Notes: generated by a model from the sequence alone, not told the origin. 64,000 nt of DNA from Eledone cirrhosa (GCA_964016885.1 OZ024741.1:168764001-168828000); one strand, 5' to 3'; positions 12,484-26,839 are shown, counted from the first letter of the stretch. Made by a program: numbers and translations.

Positions 12484-14520
12484 TATAACAATTAAATGTT
12501 ATAGGAAATTGTCAAACGGATTAACACGGTTATTAGATGAAACAACAATAACAATAAGAATAAATGCTTTGGTTATACCTGGAATGTTTAATGTTCCGAA
12601 GAAAGGACTGCAGTGATTAACACGTGAAGGTCTCATGATGGGGATCCCATCACGTGGTTAATCGCCAGAGCGAAGCTATTGACGTCTGCTTTCTTCGGAC
12701 GATGCAGTCAAGCTTCCCCATTTGTACCAGCGCTGCTGCTGATGTGATCGTCATACCAAGGGAGGCAACTCTTGCTACATTATCTCCCGCCAGATTTTTA
12801 AAACATAAAAATTGAATCAACCATGTATGAAGTAAGATGGCGAGCATGTCACACCAAAGTCCAGGCATGAAAATTACAAAAAAATAATGTTTGCAATAAA
12901 AGCAAAACAGCAAAATATAAGCATGCAAAAATTAATGATAGATATCAAGATAGCCAACCGCTCTTGACCAGAGAACAACTGGACATATATCTATCCATCA
13001 CACAAAGATACAATGTAATCAACTTAAAAGAAGAGGTCAAAGGAGCAAAGAAACATGTTCGAATATAATTATAAACAAAGTTCAAATGTTCAAAATACAG
13101 TTCACAGGCATGTAAGCACATGACAGCAGGAAAGGGAGTGTGTCCTCACGAGAATGTATGCAGGTGGTTTCTAGACTGTGGTACAACGTGAAATTCCCAA
13201 CCTCCGAAGGCGGTGGGATTTTCTCACAAGAAGAGTGCTGAAAAAATAAATTCTCTGTGTTTTGTTCTGCTGGTTTTGGTTGTTGATAAATCAAAGATGA
13301 AGCTGTGTTGTTGTTGTTGATGTTGCTGATGTCTCACAGAGAGAAAAGAATATCTAAAAAGTTGCTGCAAGCAAAAGAAATTCAGTCACAGTACAAGAAA
13401 TAGCAGCGAAAGTCCGAAGGGTGGATCAATGATAGCCATTATGAAACAACATGGCGTCGCATTTCTTTTCCAAAACAAGGATATGGTCGCGTGACGAGGC
13501 TAAGCCAATCATATGGCTGCATTTGAAGAAGAAGCAAAGATGGCGGTGCCGATAATGAAATCAAAAAGTCAAAAAGCGGGAAAAAGGCGGCCATCTTGAA
13601 TTATTTTTTGCGTTTAGACTGTGAAAACTTTTTTTGCAATGAACATGTGAAGGTTTAAAATCAGCAAATACAATGTGCATTTCGAAAAACCAATGCCAAA
13701 TATCCGATTTTGTTCGTTAAAAGTCGTAACGATACATAATCAGTGAAAAGCAACAAATTAATCGTCGAAGCACGTGCGAAAGAAATTTTCATGTTATCGC
13801 AGGATTGTAATTCCACGCCAGACGAAAACAAAGAACGAGCTGTAGTAATCTTCGAAAAGTTAGCTGATACATCTCAACGAAAATGACGTACTGATTTTAT
13901 CAACTAATTGAAATATACCAAACCACCTCAACCGGATAGAAGACATCGCACACTTTTCAATCCAAAAGAGAAATTTTTTGTTAGTCGTCGAAAAAACTCT
14001 TTCTTTTGTGTTGTATTTTTGTGTTCGTCTGTATGCGTGAGTCAATAGTGTTACCATGAAAGCTATGACAGAAATATTGTGTAGGCCGCGTGCTTCAACA
14101 AATGGAACATTATGAATTTTATGGACTTACGCTAAGTGAGTCTAGCTACCCGATTCAAATATTCCAAATGTTAAGCCACTCCACATTGCCATTAAAACGA
14201 ATGGCGAACTCAAGTAGGCTGCGTCCTCATACTTAATCGTCGAAGATCACCAATTATAACAATTAAATGTTATAGGAAATTGTCAAATGGATTAACACGG
14301 TTATTAGATGAAACAACAATAACAATAAGAATAAATGCTTTGGTTATACCTGGAATGTTTAATGTTCCGAAGAAAGGACTGCAGTGATTAACACGTGAAG
14401 GTCCCATGGTGGTGATCCCATCGCGTGGTTAATCGCCAGAGCGAAGCTATTGACGTCTGCTTTCTTCGGACGATGCAGTCAAGCTTCCCCATATGTACAA
14501 GGGAGGCAACTCTTGCTACA
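12484..14520 (-). mobile_element. Non-autonomous Gypsy-like LTR element (gag remnant only)
   Basis: LTRs 12484-12779 and 14255-14520; 4-bp TSD aagt (12480-12483, 14521-14524); PBS TGGTGATCTTCGACG at about 14238-14252; PPT-like ggcgggagataa at 12780-12791; inserted into a Helitron. Confidence 0.85.
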
Positions 14521-14741
14521 AAGTAATCCAACTTATTTTACTAACTGGATTAAAAGAAATAAACCGTACGCAGTCCCGCACGCCTTACTTTATTATAGTA
14601 TAGATTATACTGAATCTCCATCGTAACTACAAACTACGAATGTTGAGAGCTTTCTCCTGCTTGCTCCTGTTTTTACCAAAATAATCTCTTCGGAATATAT
14701 ATATAGTTATTTTCTGCGTTAAGGAATTCAACATATTCTAA

Positions 14742-14778
<37 letters not shown>

Positions 14779-14903
14779 ATATATATATATATATTTTCTT
14801 AGAATATGTTGAATTCCTTAACGCAGAAAATAACTATATCCACAGAGGGTTGCTATAAATTAGAAATTTGGGTAAAATACAATAGATAGGAGATAGTAAC
14901 CAG

Positions 14904-14978
14904 CAGGCGATACGGAGGATCGAACTTTGTACATCACAGATTCCGTCTGAGAGCCTTAGCCATTGAGCCAAACGTCCT
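14904..14978 (-). mobile_element. tRNA-like SINE head
   Basis: A-box tggctcaatggctaagg and B-box gttcgatcc; acceptor stem does not pair. Confidence 0.5.
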
Positions 14979-15470
14979 CTAATTTAAAAGGGATTAGTTG
15001 TCTGAGACAGTTTATTTCAATGGCCTGAGCACTACTAGCAAGGTTTGAACGGGACATCACAGACCAAGTCAGTACTTAATCAGAGTCACTGATCTCTCAG
15101 AAAATCAAGACCTCGTCCCGCGCTCTACAGAGTGCACTGGGCAAGGCACTAACACTAGTCATAACTTTGATACACTTGGATAGTTCTCTCAGCTGTTTTG
15201 GGCACGGCTTCTACAGCTGGTTTCTCTTCTTATCACAAATTATTTTACACTTTGTATTGGGTGCACTTTATCATGGCACTAGCACAATGGAGGTTATCGG
15301 TCATTAGCCCGGCTAAATGACCCTCTTTTCTCTGTGGATGTGGATGGGATGATATGGGGGTTGAGTGGTGATGATTATATGTATGTATGTTGTATGTATG
15401 TATGTGTATAATGATACAAAAAATTGTTTTATTTCTTACGGAAAATTCATCATATATATATATATATGTG

Positions 15471-15510
<40 letters not shown>

Positions 15511-15688
15511 AGTGAGAGTGTGTGTATGCGTGTGTGTGTGCCTATGTGTGTGTATGCGCATGTGCGTATGTGTGTGTCTATATGTGTGTGTATGTGTGTG
15601 TGTGTTGATATGTGACTTTAGTAATATTTACCTTTTCAGATAAAAATTATAAAATGACTATCAGTTATAGCAAGAATGTCGAGCAAGT

Positions 15689-15733
<45 letters not shown>

Positions 15734-16249
15734 AACACACACGCACGCACACGCACAACTCATAAACACATGCACACACATCTATATAACTCATTAAAAT
15801 TTCTGTTGAGAATTCATTTTTTCCCCTGCAAGGTAGTAACTGTAAAATAGTAACATAACATTAAATGTTGCTGTCTTCATTTTGTCTTTAGATTTTCATT
15901 TTATAACTTTCTGAAGTACTTATTGCAAAGTGTACTAAATAGATGAAAAGTATAAAAAAAATACCGTCATGTGTCTTGTAATTTCAAAATGAATGATCTT
16001 CAAGAAAGTATTGTGAGATATATTTTATAATTTGATTTTTTTTTTTTTTTGCTACGTCAAGATTTTTTTTTTGTCTCGTATAATGACACCCTACCAACGT
16101 TTCTGTTCTTAATTATATATATATATGTTGTTGTTTTTATCTCATTACACAAGATGCTCTCATTTATTTATTACATTATTTATTTTTTCTAGACATTTTT
16201 TACTTTACTTCCATATAATTATTTTATCTTTATCATTATTTTTCAATTG

Positions 16250-16830
16250 CCCCCTGGTTGTAACAATTCAATGGACCTCAGTCGGTTTCGGTGATGAGAA
16301 TTCCAGTTGTTCGAATAATGGAACAGCCGGCTGGTGTAATTGAAATTTAAGTGGCTGAGTATTCCACAGGCTCTTAACACAATTCTTGAGGAGTTTCAGT
16401 ATGACACAACGTGTGATTACTCAATGGGGTTGAAATAATAGCCAAATCATCCTCTAATCATACATCAACATTCTATCGACGTTCGTCAAATCGGACCGAG
16501 GAAACAATGTTTCCATTGATCTTTCCAATTTCTAATACTCTCTATCGGTCGCAACTCCAAGTAGAAGGAGCAATGTGAAATAAAGTGTCTTACTCAAGGA
16601 CATAACGCATCGCCCGATTGCGAATCTAATTCTCTAACCACTCAGCTACGCGGCTTCACATACATTGCTGACTATAAAAAATCATACCTAACACTACATT
16701 GGTGTTGGATTGGCAGAATCATTAGAATGTCAGACAAAATGTTTTGCTGTATTTGTTTTGGCTCTCAATCTCGTCTCGCATCTTTCTGAGATTCATAAAA
16801 TATAGTATCAGTCAAGTATTGGAGGTGATT
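16250..16830. mobile_element. Cluster of degenerate SINEs, including a CORE-type copy (16472-16657, minus; related copy 31186-31336)
   Basis: Shared tcgtcaaatcggaccgaggaaacaatgtttccatt tail; CORE-like tgtccttgagtaagacact; tRNA-like head. Confidence 0.6.
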
Positions 16831-17089
16831 TTGTCTACTCCTCTCACTAAAAAGGGGATGAAGGAACATACTTTGAGGTAACAAACAGTTGAGTAAATTA
16901 GGTAAATTAACCTCACTTACTTAATGTGATCGCTCTCAGGAAAAATAAAATGGTCAACTCATCACCTATACGATTCAACCTCAGAACATAAAAAAACAGA
17001 TTTATGTTCATTAAGTACCAAAAGTTATTTTGTTGGATGTCGCATTAGTTTTGCCATCATTCACCTCTCTTTACCCTAATCAAAAGTGT

Positions 17090-17960
17090 TATTATTATTG
17101 GCATCCATCGGTCCCAAAAGACCACGGATCTGAGCCTGCAGAATTTTGTGTCAGCTTCGGATGGCAGTGCAGTGTCTGCTGTGGCTGTACAGGCCCATAT
17201 GGGAGTGGCAGTCCTGTATACAGCGATTGCATTTGTAGATGCTCTCTTCCGGTGCTATTGTGTTGTTGTTTTTTTCGAGCACACTTTTCCTCGGAGGCAA
17301 GTTTCAGTTTCTCTCCTCCTCGCTCCATCCCGTTTCGCAGTACTCATCTCCATTGTGGGCGATCATTAGTGTCCTCCTCCCCTCTCTGGGTGTCCAGGTC
17401 TATTGACTTCATATCCCTCCTGCAAACGTCTTTGAAACGAATATGAAACGGTGACTAGTTCCTCATACAGTAGCTCTTTTGGGATCCTCTCGTCCGGCAT
17501 ACGATGTTCGTGACCGAGCCAGCGCAGACGGCGCTGTTTGAGCAGGGTGTATATGCTGGGTATCTTGGTGCAGTTGAGGACTTCCGTATTGGTGACCCGG
17601 TCGGTCCACTTGATGTCCAAAATGCGTCTCAGGCTACGAAGGTCGAAAACATTGAGACGTTTTTCCTGTCTGGAATAGAGGCTCCATGTAAAGTAGTGTG
17701 CTGAGGACACACACCGTTTAGACAGCAATCTTGGTGTTTTTAGTCAGTTTTTTTTGTTCCCCCATACTCTCTACCGTCAGTCTGGCTATTGTGAAGGCTG
17801 CTCGTCCAACTTTCCTGCTGATCACAGGGTCTAGGGAGAGGTTGTTAGTGATGGTAGAGCCGTGGTAGATGAATTCGTGAACCACTTCAAGCTCGTAGTT
17901 GTTGATGAGGATGGTGGGAGTACTAATGATGAGGCTGAATTCCAGGCAAGCTCTCTACAG
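17090..17960 (-). mobile_element. RTE-BovB-like LINE 3' fragment
   Basis: WSLYSRQEKRLNVFDLRSLRRILDIKWTDRVTNTEVL...RRLRWLGH..RMPDERIPKELLY; terminal C2H2 YKCNRC..CHSHMGLYSHSRHC; (TAA)n tail. Confidence 0.85.
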
Positions 17961-18065
17961 TTTGTTCTTGAAGTTATTTTGTCTGTGTTGTACTACTTCC
18001 GCCATCAATCACTTCCCTTCACCGTAATAAAAAGTGTACCCATTGTATAAATATATACATATAAT

Positions 18066-18590
18066 CACAGGCATTGCTGTGTGGTTAACGAGGTTTTCTT
18101 CGTAGACACCCGGTTCTGGATTTAGTCCAACAATGGGCAAATTATTTCTACTATACTTTCAGGTTAACCAATGCCCTTCTTAGTGGAAGTTGCTAGACGA
18201 AAACTGAAGAAGCCTATTGTATATGTGTATGTATATGTACGTGTGTGTCTATGTTTATATTTGTGCCAATATTTGTATTCATATCCCGTAAATTAACGGT
18301 TCGGCAAAAGAGTGATCGTTAAAAAATACTTGAATAAATAAGTACTAGGGTAGACATGATCGCTTAAATCCTAGCAGTAACTTAGAATGGCCACAATCTA
18401 ATGAATGAAACTAGTAAAATAGTACTGTGAGACAGCATGACCAACTAAATCAAGGTGGTACCCCAGCATGGCCGCAGTCGATTGACTGAAACAAGTAAAA
18501 GAAGACCGCAAGCTGACACGATCGACTAAATCAAGGTGATACCCCAGCATGGCCACTTTCTAGTGACTGAAACCAATAAAGAATATAACA
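18066..18590 (+). mobile_element. Degenerate SINE(s) with triplicated 3' tail
   Basis: tRNA/CORE-like head; three copies of cagcatggccgcag..tgactgaaacaagtaaaag. Confidence 0.6.
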
Positions 18591-20334
18591 AGCAGCTCAA
18601 AACTAACAGCAAAACAAGTCAATTCAGCTTTTCTGTCAATATCAACAAACGTTATCATCTTTCTGTCAGCAAATCATTCAGTAATTATAAGATAAAAATC
18701 AATTTTCCACTTTAGTAAATCTTTCCGCTCCTACAAAATTACGTGTCCCTCTTTCCACACTCTCCTACATAATCTCCCCCACCTCCATGCTCTCCAGCAT
18801 AATCACCATCCCGCTTTCCATACTCTCCCACATAATCTTCCCCCATCCCGCTTTCCATGCTCTCCCACATAATCTTCCCCCACCCCCTTTCCATGCTCTC
18901 CTACACAATCTTCTCTCCTCCTGTATAATCTCCTACTCTACCCTCCAGACTCTCCGCTGCCTCCTCCCCAAATCACCATAATTGTTATTGATTATCATCA
19001 CTATCAATACAGATTCATTAATGAAGGATGTTTACAAGTAATTGTTGATTGACACAATTGATCTCTACGTCTTCCCCACCTCCCGCCTTAGGTTTATCGA
19101 TGGATCTCATTTTCATTGTATTTCCCCGCAAGTCATGCAATATTTCCTCTCTCTCCCTCTTAAAGTCACCACTCTTCAGACACATGCTCTAACTTATCGC
19201 CCCACCCTCTCTCTCTATCACTATCTTTCCCTCTCTCTCAGACACTGGCACACACTCTCACACACTCTCTCCTTCTCTCAGTTTAACCCTTCCTCACTCT
19301 CCTATTCACTAGGATCAGCCGACAGGTAAATCACAGTAAACATGTTGTTCTCTCTCTCTTCGGGTAATTCGCAAAGAACTGAACAGATAATTAAATTATT
19401 AGGACAGAATTGATTGCTTCTCTTGTTACGTGGTGTTGTTTTTGTTGGTGATGATGACAATGATGATGATGTTGATGATAATGATAATGATGAAAGAATC
19501 AATTATGATGATGACGATGACATGAATGATGATGATGATGACACTTGTGAATGCACTGAATGCAGGAACTTTGGAACACCCTGTATTAGACATATTGTTG
19601 CTGTTGGATCAAAACATTTCCATACAATTAAAGTATCAGAGAGGATAGGTTTATAGATGAACTTGACAACCAACCTTCTGTAAACATTGCTTTTAGCAAC
19701 AGAGCATTTGCCAGTGGAAACTTCTGGCATCCTGGGTCCTGGAATTCCTTCCTTATCTACTACGAATAGGATGTGGATTGTCCAATTGATACTATCATTA
19801 CATCTCTCTTGCTATCCCCCAGAACAATACCTTTGTAATTCTATCCACTACTGGGACGACGGGGCAGCAACCATCTCAGTTTTGGCATCTCGGACAGTTG
19901 AGAAGGAGGAAGAAAGAACTTTTGTGTATTCTGTGTATTTTAGTTTCTCAACAATACCAACGTCTTCTTCACCTTTGTCAACATTTTCCCCATTAAAGTA
20001 ACATTGTATGCACATTGTGCTTCTGTGTTTCCTTTGAATAGTTTTCTTCTGAAGGTGATTGAATTACATGCAGTTGACTACAAGAATCATGTGTATTTTA
20101 CTGCATTCAGATAAATTCTCAGCACTTAAAAGTCTGTTGCCACTTTGTTTGAACAATTCTATATTTGAAGTTTAGTTATAAGGCTTTGAGATTTTTCATT
20201 GGAATATTCACTAACGTTTAGGTCTGTTAATCACATTTGATACTTCCTCTTATTTCCATTCTTCTATTTCATTAAAACAGATTGAAATAGAACAGTGCTC
20301 TATTGGTTCATTGAAATGTAATTCAATAATGATT

Positions 20335-20542
20335 TCTGATTTAGGCAGAAAACCAGCACATTAAGGGAAGGGGTAAGTTAATTATATCAACTCTAGTACA
20401 TGACTGGTAGTTTTATTTTATTGACTCTGAAAGGATGAAAGCTAGATTAACCTCGGTGGAATTTGAATTTAGAATGTATGAACCCGGAGCAAATACAGCA
20501 AAGAATTTTGTCCAACGCTTTAACGATTCTGCCAATCTACCA
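20335..20542 (-). mobile_element. Diverged Meta-type tRNA SINE
   Basis: Similar to 43091-43279. Confidence 0.65.
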
Positions 20543-20772
20543 ATCTATCGCTCTCAGAAATGTTGGCGTCACACAAAACAGTTAATGATATTTATAACTA
20601 AATAAGTTACAGTTCTGTTATAAACACTCGATATTTTTTTTAATGAATAACATTTTAGATAATACATACATACAAATACACGTACACCTAACCACACACA
20701 TATACACAAATACACATACACGCACAGCCACCCCCACAAACACATATACACATGCCCACACAGACACATCTA

Positions 20773-20811
<39 letters not shown>

Positions 20812-20952
20812 TTTTGATACCAAATAACAAATGAGGAATATAAAGTTAACAAGTTTTGTATACTTTTGAACGACTAAAATAACTCTTCCATATAGATCAA
20901 TTTCAATATTATATATCTACATACATATATATATACATATATATATATATAT

Positions 20953-22490
20953 GGTGGGCCTGGACATTCCGCACGCCATCTCACAGTCTGTGGCCTACTC
21001 CAGTGCCACGGAACACCCGCCAATCGCCTTAGGGTCCAACAACGAACTATCTTCATCTTACAGACCCACACTCCCCCCGGCCTGAACTCCCCACCCTTAT
21101 TCCTTTAGCCTTCGACCCCCCACCCCCACACACACTTATCCCCCACTAACACCACTAACACACCCCTCCTTTTCACCGCCCACCCCACAACTAACAATAC
21201 TAACACCTCCACTCCACCCCTCATCTTACCACCCTTCCCCAACTAACATACTAACATCCCTCCCTTCTTCTCCTCCTCCACCTCCTTATCACACGCACAC
21301 ACCCACCGGCACACATATACACGCGCTCACACTAAACACACACCCTACTACCACCACTAACCCTCACCCCCACACCTCTCACCCCCACACCTCTAACCCC
21401 CACACCTCCATCCCACCACCCCGCAACTAACCTCACTAACACTCCCTAACCCCAAGCACACGAACACACGCACCCACTTACACCACCCACCCCACACGCA
21501 ACTAACATCACTAACAGCCCCAACCCCACGCACACGTACCCACACACCCTCGTACACCACCAACTCTACACACCCTACCACCACTAACCCCCACTCACAC
21601 CTACATTCAACCCCTCCCCACCTCCCGTATACTATCACCCACTAACACCCCTTCATCAAACTACACACACACCAGTACACCACACTCCCTCCATAGAACC
21701 ACACACACCCTTCTCTCCCCGCTCCACCCACACCCTCGCTCCACACTCACTCATCCCACTAACACCTCTACTAATACACACACACACACCCTCCTCACTC
21801 CAACTTTCACACCTACACATCCTCGCCCCCTTACCATTCCACCGACTGCTGCTATGCCCTCTGACCACCTCCCAGCACAAACAGACACACAGCACTCCCA
21901 CTGCTTGACCACTTCCTGTTGCGCGCGCACCCCACATCTCTCCTCTTCCGACCATCGCATCATGAAATACTCGCACGCAGAAATTGACCACCACAGAATC
22001 CACTAAACACCTTTGGATTTTACCAACTTTTCAACCATCCTCTTACGTAATCACCTATATAACTCACCCACACACACACCCCAAACATTTTTTTTCTCCA
22101 CACGCCACCTACACCCACAACACGCTTAAACCCCACACACACGTGCTTTCCACCACATATTTACACCCTCAGCCTCCTGATTCCTCTCCCCCCACCCCTC
22201 TATCCACAAACGCGCAGACACTCAGACCCCCCCCCACACACACACACCTCTTCCTGAATATGCAACCCCGTTCTTCCCCCAACCCTTACTTTCACATACA
22301 CACACACACACACACACGCGTACACCTACACACATACACCACCTTCAGCCCTCCCCGCTCGGACACCCCGTCTCCCTCTCCCCACTCCACCCGCCACCAC
22401 CCCTACACACCCCACTCTCCAGAGCGTGAAATTAATAAACATTCGTTGTACTGTCTCTCTGTTTTGTCCCTGTTCAAATTTTTCCATTAT
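20953..22490 (+). mobile_element. Penelope-like 3' fragment: GIY-YIG C-terminus plus C/A-rich low-complexity 3' region
   Basis: GHSARHLTVCGLLQCHGTPANRLRVQQRTIFILQTHTPPGLN at 20962-21087; terminus 22410-22490 recurs inverted at 55755-55830. Confidence 0.6.
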
Positions 22491-22640
22491 ATATATATAT
22501 ATATACATATATATGTATAAATATATATGTATATATATATATACATATATATACATATATATGTATATATGTACTTATATATGTATATATATGTATATAT
22601 ATATATATAAATATATACATATTTATATATATGTATATAA

Positions 22641-22671
<31 letters not shown>

Positions 22672-23021
22672 AATATATACATATTTATATATATGTATAT
22701 AAAATATATATATATATATATATATATATAGTAATAATAATAAATGTGAAGACTCTATATATATATATATATACATATATATACATATATATGTATATAT
22801 GTACTTATATATGTATATATATGTATATATATATATCTATAAATATATACATATTTATATATATGTATATAAATATATATATATACATACATGGAAAGTT
22901 ATATTTAAATTGTTGGGTTACAACTAGTAAATATTTATAACTGATATAAAAGCACTCGACAAGTATTTGGAGTATATTTACAATATTAAATAAATGGAAA
23001 CTATATTTATAAAACCATATT

Positions 23022-23087
23022 TATTTCATTATATATATTTCAGGGATAATATATTAACAATATGCTATGCCTTCCTCAGACAAAATA
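23022..23087 (-). ncRNA. Hammerhead ribozyme (pLTR type)
   Basis: TATTTTGT CTGAGGA AGGCATAGCATATT-GTT-AATATATTATCCCT GAAA TATATA TA| ATGAAATA. Confidence 0.75.
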
Positions 23088-24446
23088 CAATATAAACAGT
23101 TTTATAGGTAAATAGATTTGACATACCGTAACAACATCGACTTGTATTTGAAAAGTTGAATTGGCAGTGAAAAGATTGTACACAGAGAGAAAGAAAGAGA
23201 GAAAAAAGGAAAGAAAGACAGAAAACGAAGAAAAAGAAGAAAAAAGAAGAAATGCATGGAACAAAATAGAGAGATGGAAAGATAGATAAAGAGAAGAACT
23301 TCATGTAAAGAAACAGAGAGAGATATATATATATAGAGAGAGAGGAAATAGAGATAGATACATATATATAGAAAACTAGGTAGTGGGACGTCCGTTGAGC
23401 AAACGCATCAATGATACATTTATTTATTTATTTATTTATTTAGCTCTAGTATTAATGTAAGGGAGATATATGTCGTTAGGATAGAAACCAGCTGTTATAT
23501 ATAGAGAAAAATTAAAAATAACCAGACATAGGCGAGGCATAAAAACCCTATGTTTTAATGTAGAGGTATTAGTATGTATAAAATAAAAACCAGCCACTAT
23601 ATTGTAAATATCAGTATTCCTGAATGAGACATGTATCCATAATGTGTGAAAAGTAATGATCTTATGTTTAGTTTTTTAAAAAAATTCATATGTTTATGTG
23701 ATAACTACAAACATCTATGTGAATTTACATGATCAACTCTGCAAACCCTAAGTTCACGGAAAACATTCTCATTGTGCTATAAAAATTTAAGTATACATAT
23801 ATGTGTATATATATACACACAAATATATATAGAGTCAATATTACTACTATTCCTGTCTTTACTCTACAAGATTATCTATCAAGCAGAAATAGAGAGCAGA
23901 TTTCAATATACTAATAAAAATATAAAAATATATATCAGAAACAAAACCAAAAAATAACAATAATAATAATAATAAGTAATAATAAAATAGAAAACTAAAA
24001 AATATTACGAAAGAATATTACATATTAAAAATATTACATATTAAAAATATTAAAAAATAAAAATATTAGAAAATACTACAATAATAAAAATAAACCACAA
24101 AGATCAACCCTTCAAAATTAATTGACAATATATTGCCAAGTTCATTATAAGCATCAGAGTCGAAAAACAGATAAAGCCAAAAATTATTTATCAAATCGCA
24201 TCTAGCAAAGATCATTTCAAAAAGTTTAGGATGCCCATTTGGTCTACATGTGTTCTTATATTTAATATAGAAGTTTATCTAGTGTAACGTTTATTCGAAA
24301 TATTTGGAGCATCAACTTTTAGGGTAGCTTAATTTTTCATGAAGAATGTTTAAATAAAAATAAAAATAAAAATAAAAAGAATAAAAAGAAGAAATCAAAG
24401 ATTTATCGGCTAGTTTCCCATATAATTATAAATCAAACTAAATATA

Positions 24447-25238
24447 CTACATTTTAAATTTAAATTTATATTTAAACGTTGAGTTTAATCTATGTTTGCA
24501 GCAACTGAATAAATTTGTCCGTAGATTAAGGGAATTTTTAGATTTTAGTATAAAGAATATCTCCTCTGCGTAGAGGTCACATGTCTCAGAGGATGAATTA
24601 AAAGGAATCCCTCTTGAGACTATATTCCAAGCCGTCGAATATCTAACGTTATCTAGCTTAAGTTGCCAGAGTACGCCTAATAGTGCCGTTGAAGATTTTT
24701 TGCTTGGATCTGTGAAAGAATTCTTGTGGTTATTATAGCGAAGTTTAAATTCCGTCGATGTGGAACCGACGTAGTTAAAAGATTTAGAGTCAGTTTTAAC
24801 ATTACAATTGTATACTATATTTTTAACTAAGCAGTTGTTATTTAACGGACATTTAGATCTATCTCTACAGTTACATTTGTTAACTTGTATATTATTTATG
24901 CTATTATCACTAGGTTTTAAGTTCCTATTATTTATTCTATTAATATTTTGTGCTAAATTTTTGGTGGATGAGTAGGTTAATTTTATTGTATGTCTATTGA
25001 AAATTGAGTGATACCTATGTGTTCTAGGGAAGCGATTATCAAGAGCTTTAAAAAATAGTTTAGCGATGTGGGTTTTAATGTTTAGTGAGAAAGGGGGGGG
25101 GGGGGGGGCAAACCAAATTATGTTCCTAGTTCTATTTCTTTTTTTGGCCTTTGGAATTATTGTAATGCTTTCTATTATAGTTGTTAAGGTTGTTGCCGTA
25201 ATTAAAATAGTTGTTATTTTGTTTAGTTTGTCTATCAT
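24447..25238 (-). CDS. Penelope-like (Naiad-type) linker plus GIY-YIG endonuclease, RT missing
   Basis: RNIIWF.PPFS, CNCRDRSKCPLNNNCL, IVY..YVGST..FKLRYNNHKNSF, CKHR; probably a truncated relic. Confidence 0.8.
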   Translation of the reverse strand: MIDKLNKITTILITATTLTTIIESITIIPKAKKRNRTRNIIWFAPPPPPFSLNIKTHIAKLFFKALDNRFPRTHRYHSIFNRHTIKLTYSSTKNLAQNINRINNRNLKPSDNSINNIQVNKCNCRDRSKCPLNNNCLVKNIVYNCNVKTDSKSFNYVGSTSTEFKLRYNNHKNSFTDPSKKSSTALLGVLWQLKLDNVRYSTAWNIVSRGIPFNSSSETCDLYAEEIFFILKSKNSLNLRTNLFSCCKHRLNSTFKYKFKFKM

Positions 25239-26839
25239 TATCTATGTACATAATCTTATCAGCATATCCTGCTCTAGCTAATGCTTCATTGTAGTATTGG
25301 GCTTTTTCGTCGAAAATCTTTCTATTCGACGAGATCCTAGATATTATTTAATATTGTATATATACATATATATAAACCTTTGTTCGTACTGCTTCTCTGT
25401 TTTGTTCCCGTTCAATTTTTTACTATATATATATATATACATATATATATATAAATATATATATATAGTAATAATAATAAATGTGAAGACTATATATATA
25501 TACATATATATACATATATATGTATATATGTACTTACATATGTATATATATGTATATATATATATATAAATATATACATATTTATATATATGTATATAAA
25601 TATATATATATATATATATACATATATACATATATATATATATGTGTGTGTGTGTGTATGTGTGTGTGTGTATGGCACAATAAAAAATATGTAAAACTTA
25701 GAAACAGAAAAAAATAACAGAAAATAGTGTTCACCTCATCAACTGCCTGTTATAGGTCTGTGTGTATGTAAGTGAGAGTGTGGATGTGTGTATACATGTG
25801 TGTGAACGTAATATGCATGTTTGGATCTTTATAGATGTGTACATTATTGTTTATACGGTGTATTTTTATATGTGTGTGGTTATGTGTTGTGGTGCTTTGA
25901 ACATATCATATTGGTATGATAGAACATAATTCACTTTTTATGACACAATTCTGTTAGAAGTACTTCAGTTGATTTGTAAGAGCTTCTCTTTGATAGAACT
26001 ACTCCAGTTGTTTTGCAAGGGCTGATATTAAATTTCTCTTCTCTAGACAATCATTATCAGCTATTTTATGTTGGTCTTCTTTTCTTTCAAATTATATTCA
26101 TGTTCTTTTACTTTTTCTGCTGCTTTCAGTCATTAGACTGTGGCGATGCTGGGGCACTACATTGATTTAGTTGAACATTTAAGACACAGTACTCAGTCTT
26201 CTCTCATTTATTGAGTCTACACTGTAGACTACAGTATTGGACTCTACAGTATTGGTGATTGAATGGAGACAATACAGGGTTAAGCCTGTAATAACCTCTC
26301 TAGTGTTGGAGCTACAATAAAACAATAGGCATAGTTTTTATATTGATAAGAGGGTATCTACCAAAACACCCGCCATTAGATTTTGTTGAATTTTGAATTT
26401 AGAACTATTAATTAATGATTTTAAAATTATTGCATTGTTTGGAAGTTGAATAAAACATAATTCTAGGTAGAAATCATTCTAGTTCAAGTAGGTACTTGAA
26501 AATTGGCTCAGAATAAAAAGAAACATAAATATCACATATGTGTATAAGACTGTTTCCCCAAAATATATCGCCTTTCCTTTTGATAGAATTTTATAAATAA
26601 TTTATGAAGATGCAAGTTATGTTGTTAAATTCTATCATGTACTTTCCCTAGGCATGTCAGAGCAGTGAAGAAGTTTACTTCACAACCATTCCCCGGGGAA
26701 ACGCCTTCTCTATTCTGTTCGCCGGATAGAGTGGGAGAGACAGAGACAATGATAGAGGGAGTTTTTTTTTGTTTTCGGGCCTTGACAGCTTGTTTTCCCC
26801 CACAAGTTGTACTGATACTTTCATGACAGTTTCATCAAT

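Larger units (their letters stand above)
22890..25440 (-). mobile_element. 5'-truncated Naiad-type Penelope-like element
   Basis: GIY-YIG ORF, long AT-rich 3' region and terminal hammerhead. Confidence 0.75.

Noticed and set aside
14904-14978. Functional tRNA gene (also 43586-43658)
   Set aside because: Acceptor and T stems are not complementary; better explained as SINE heads or pseudogenes
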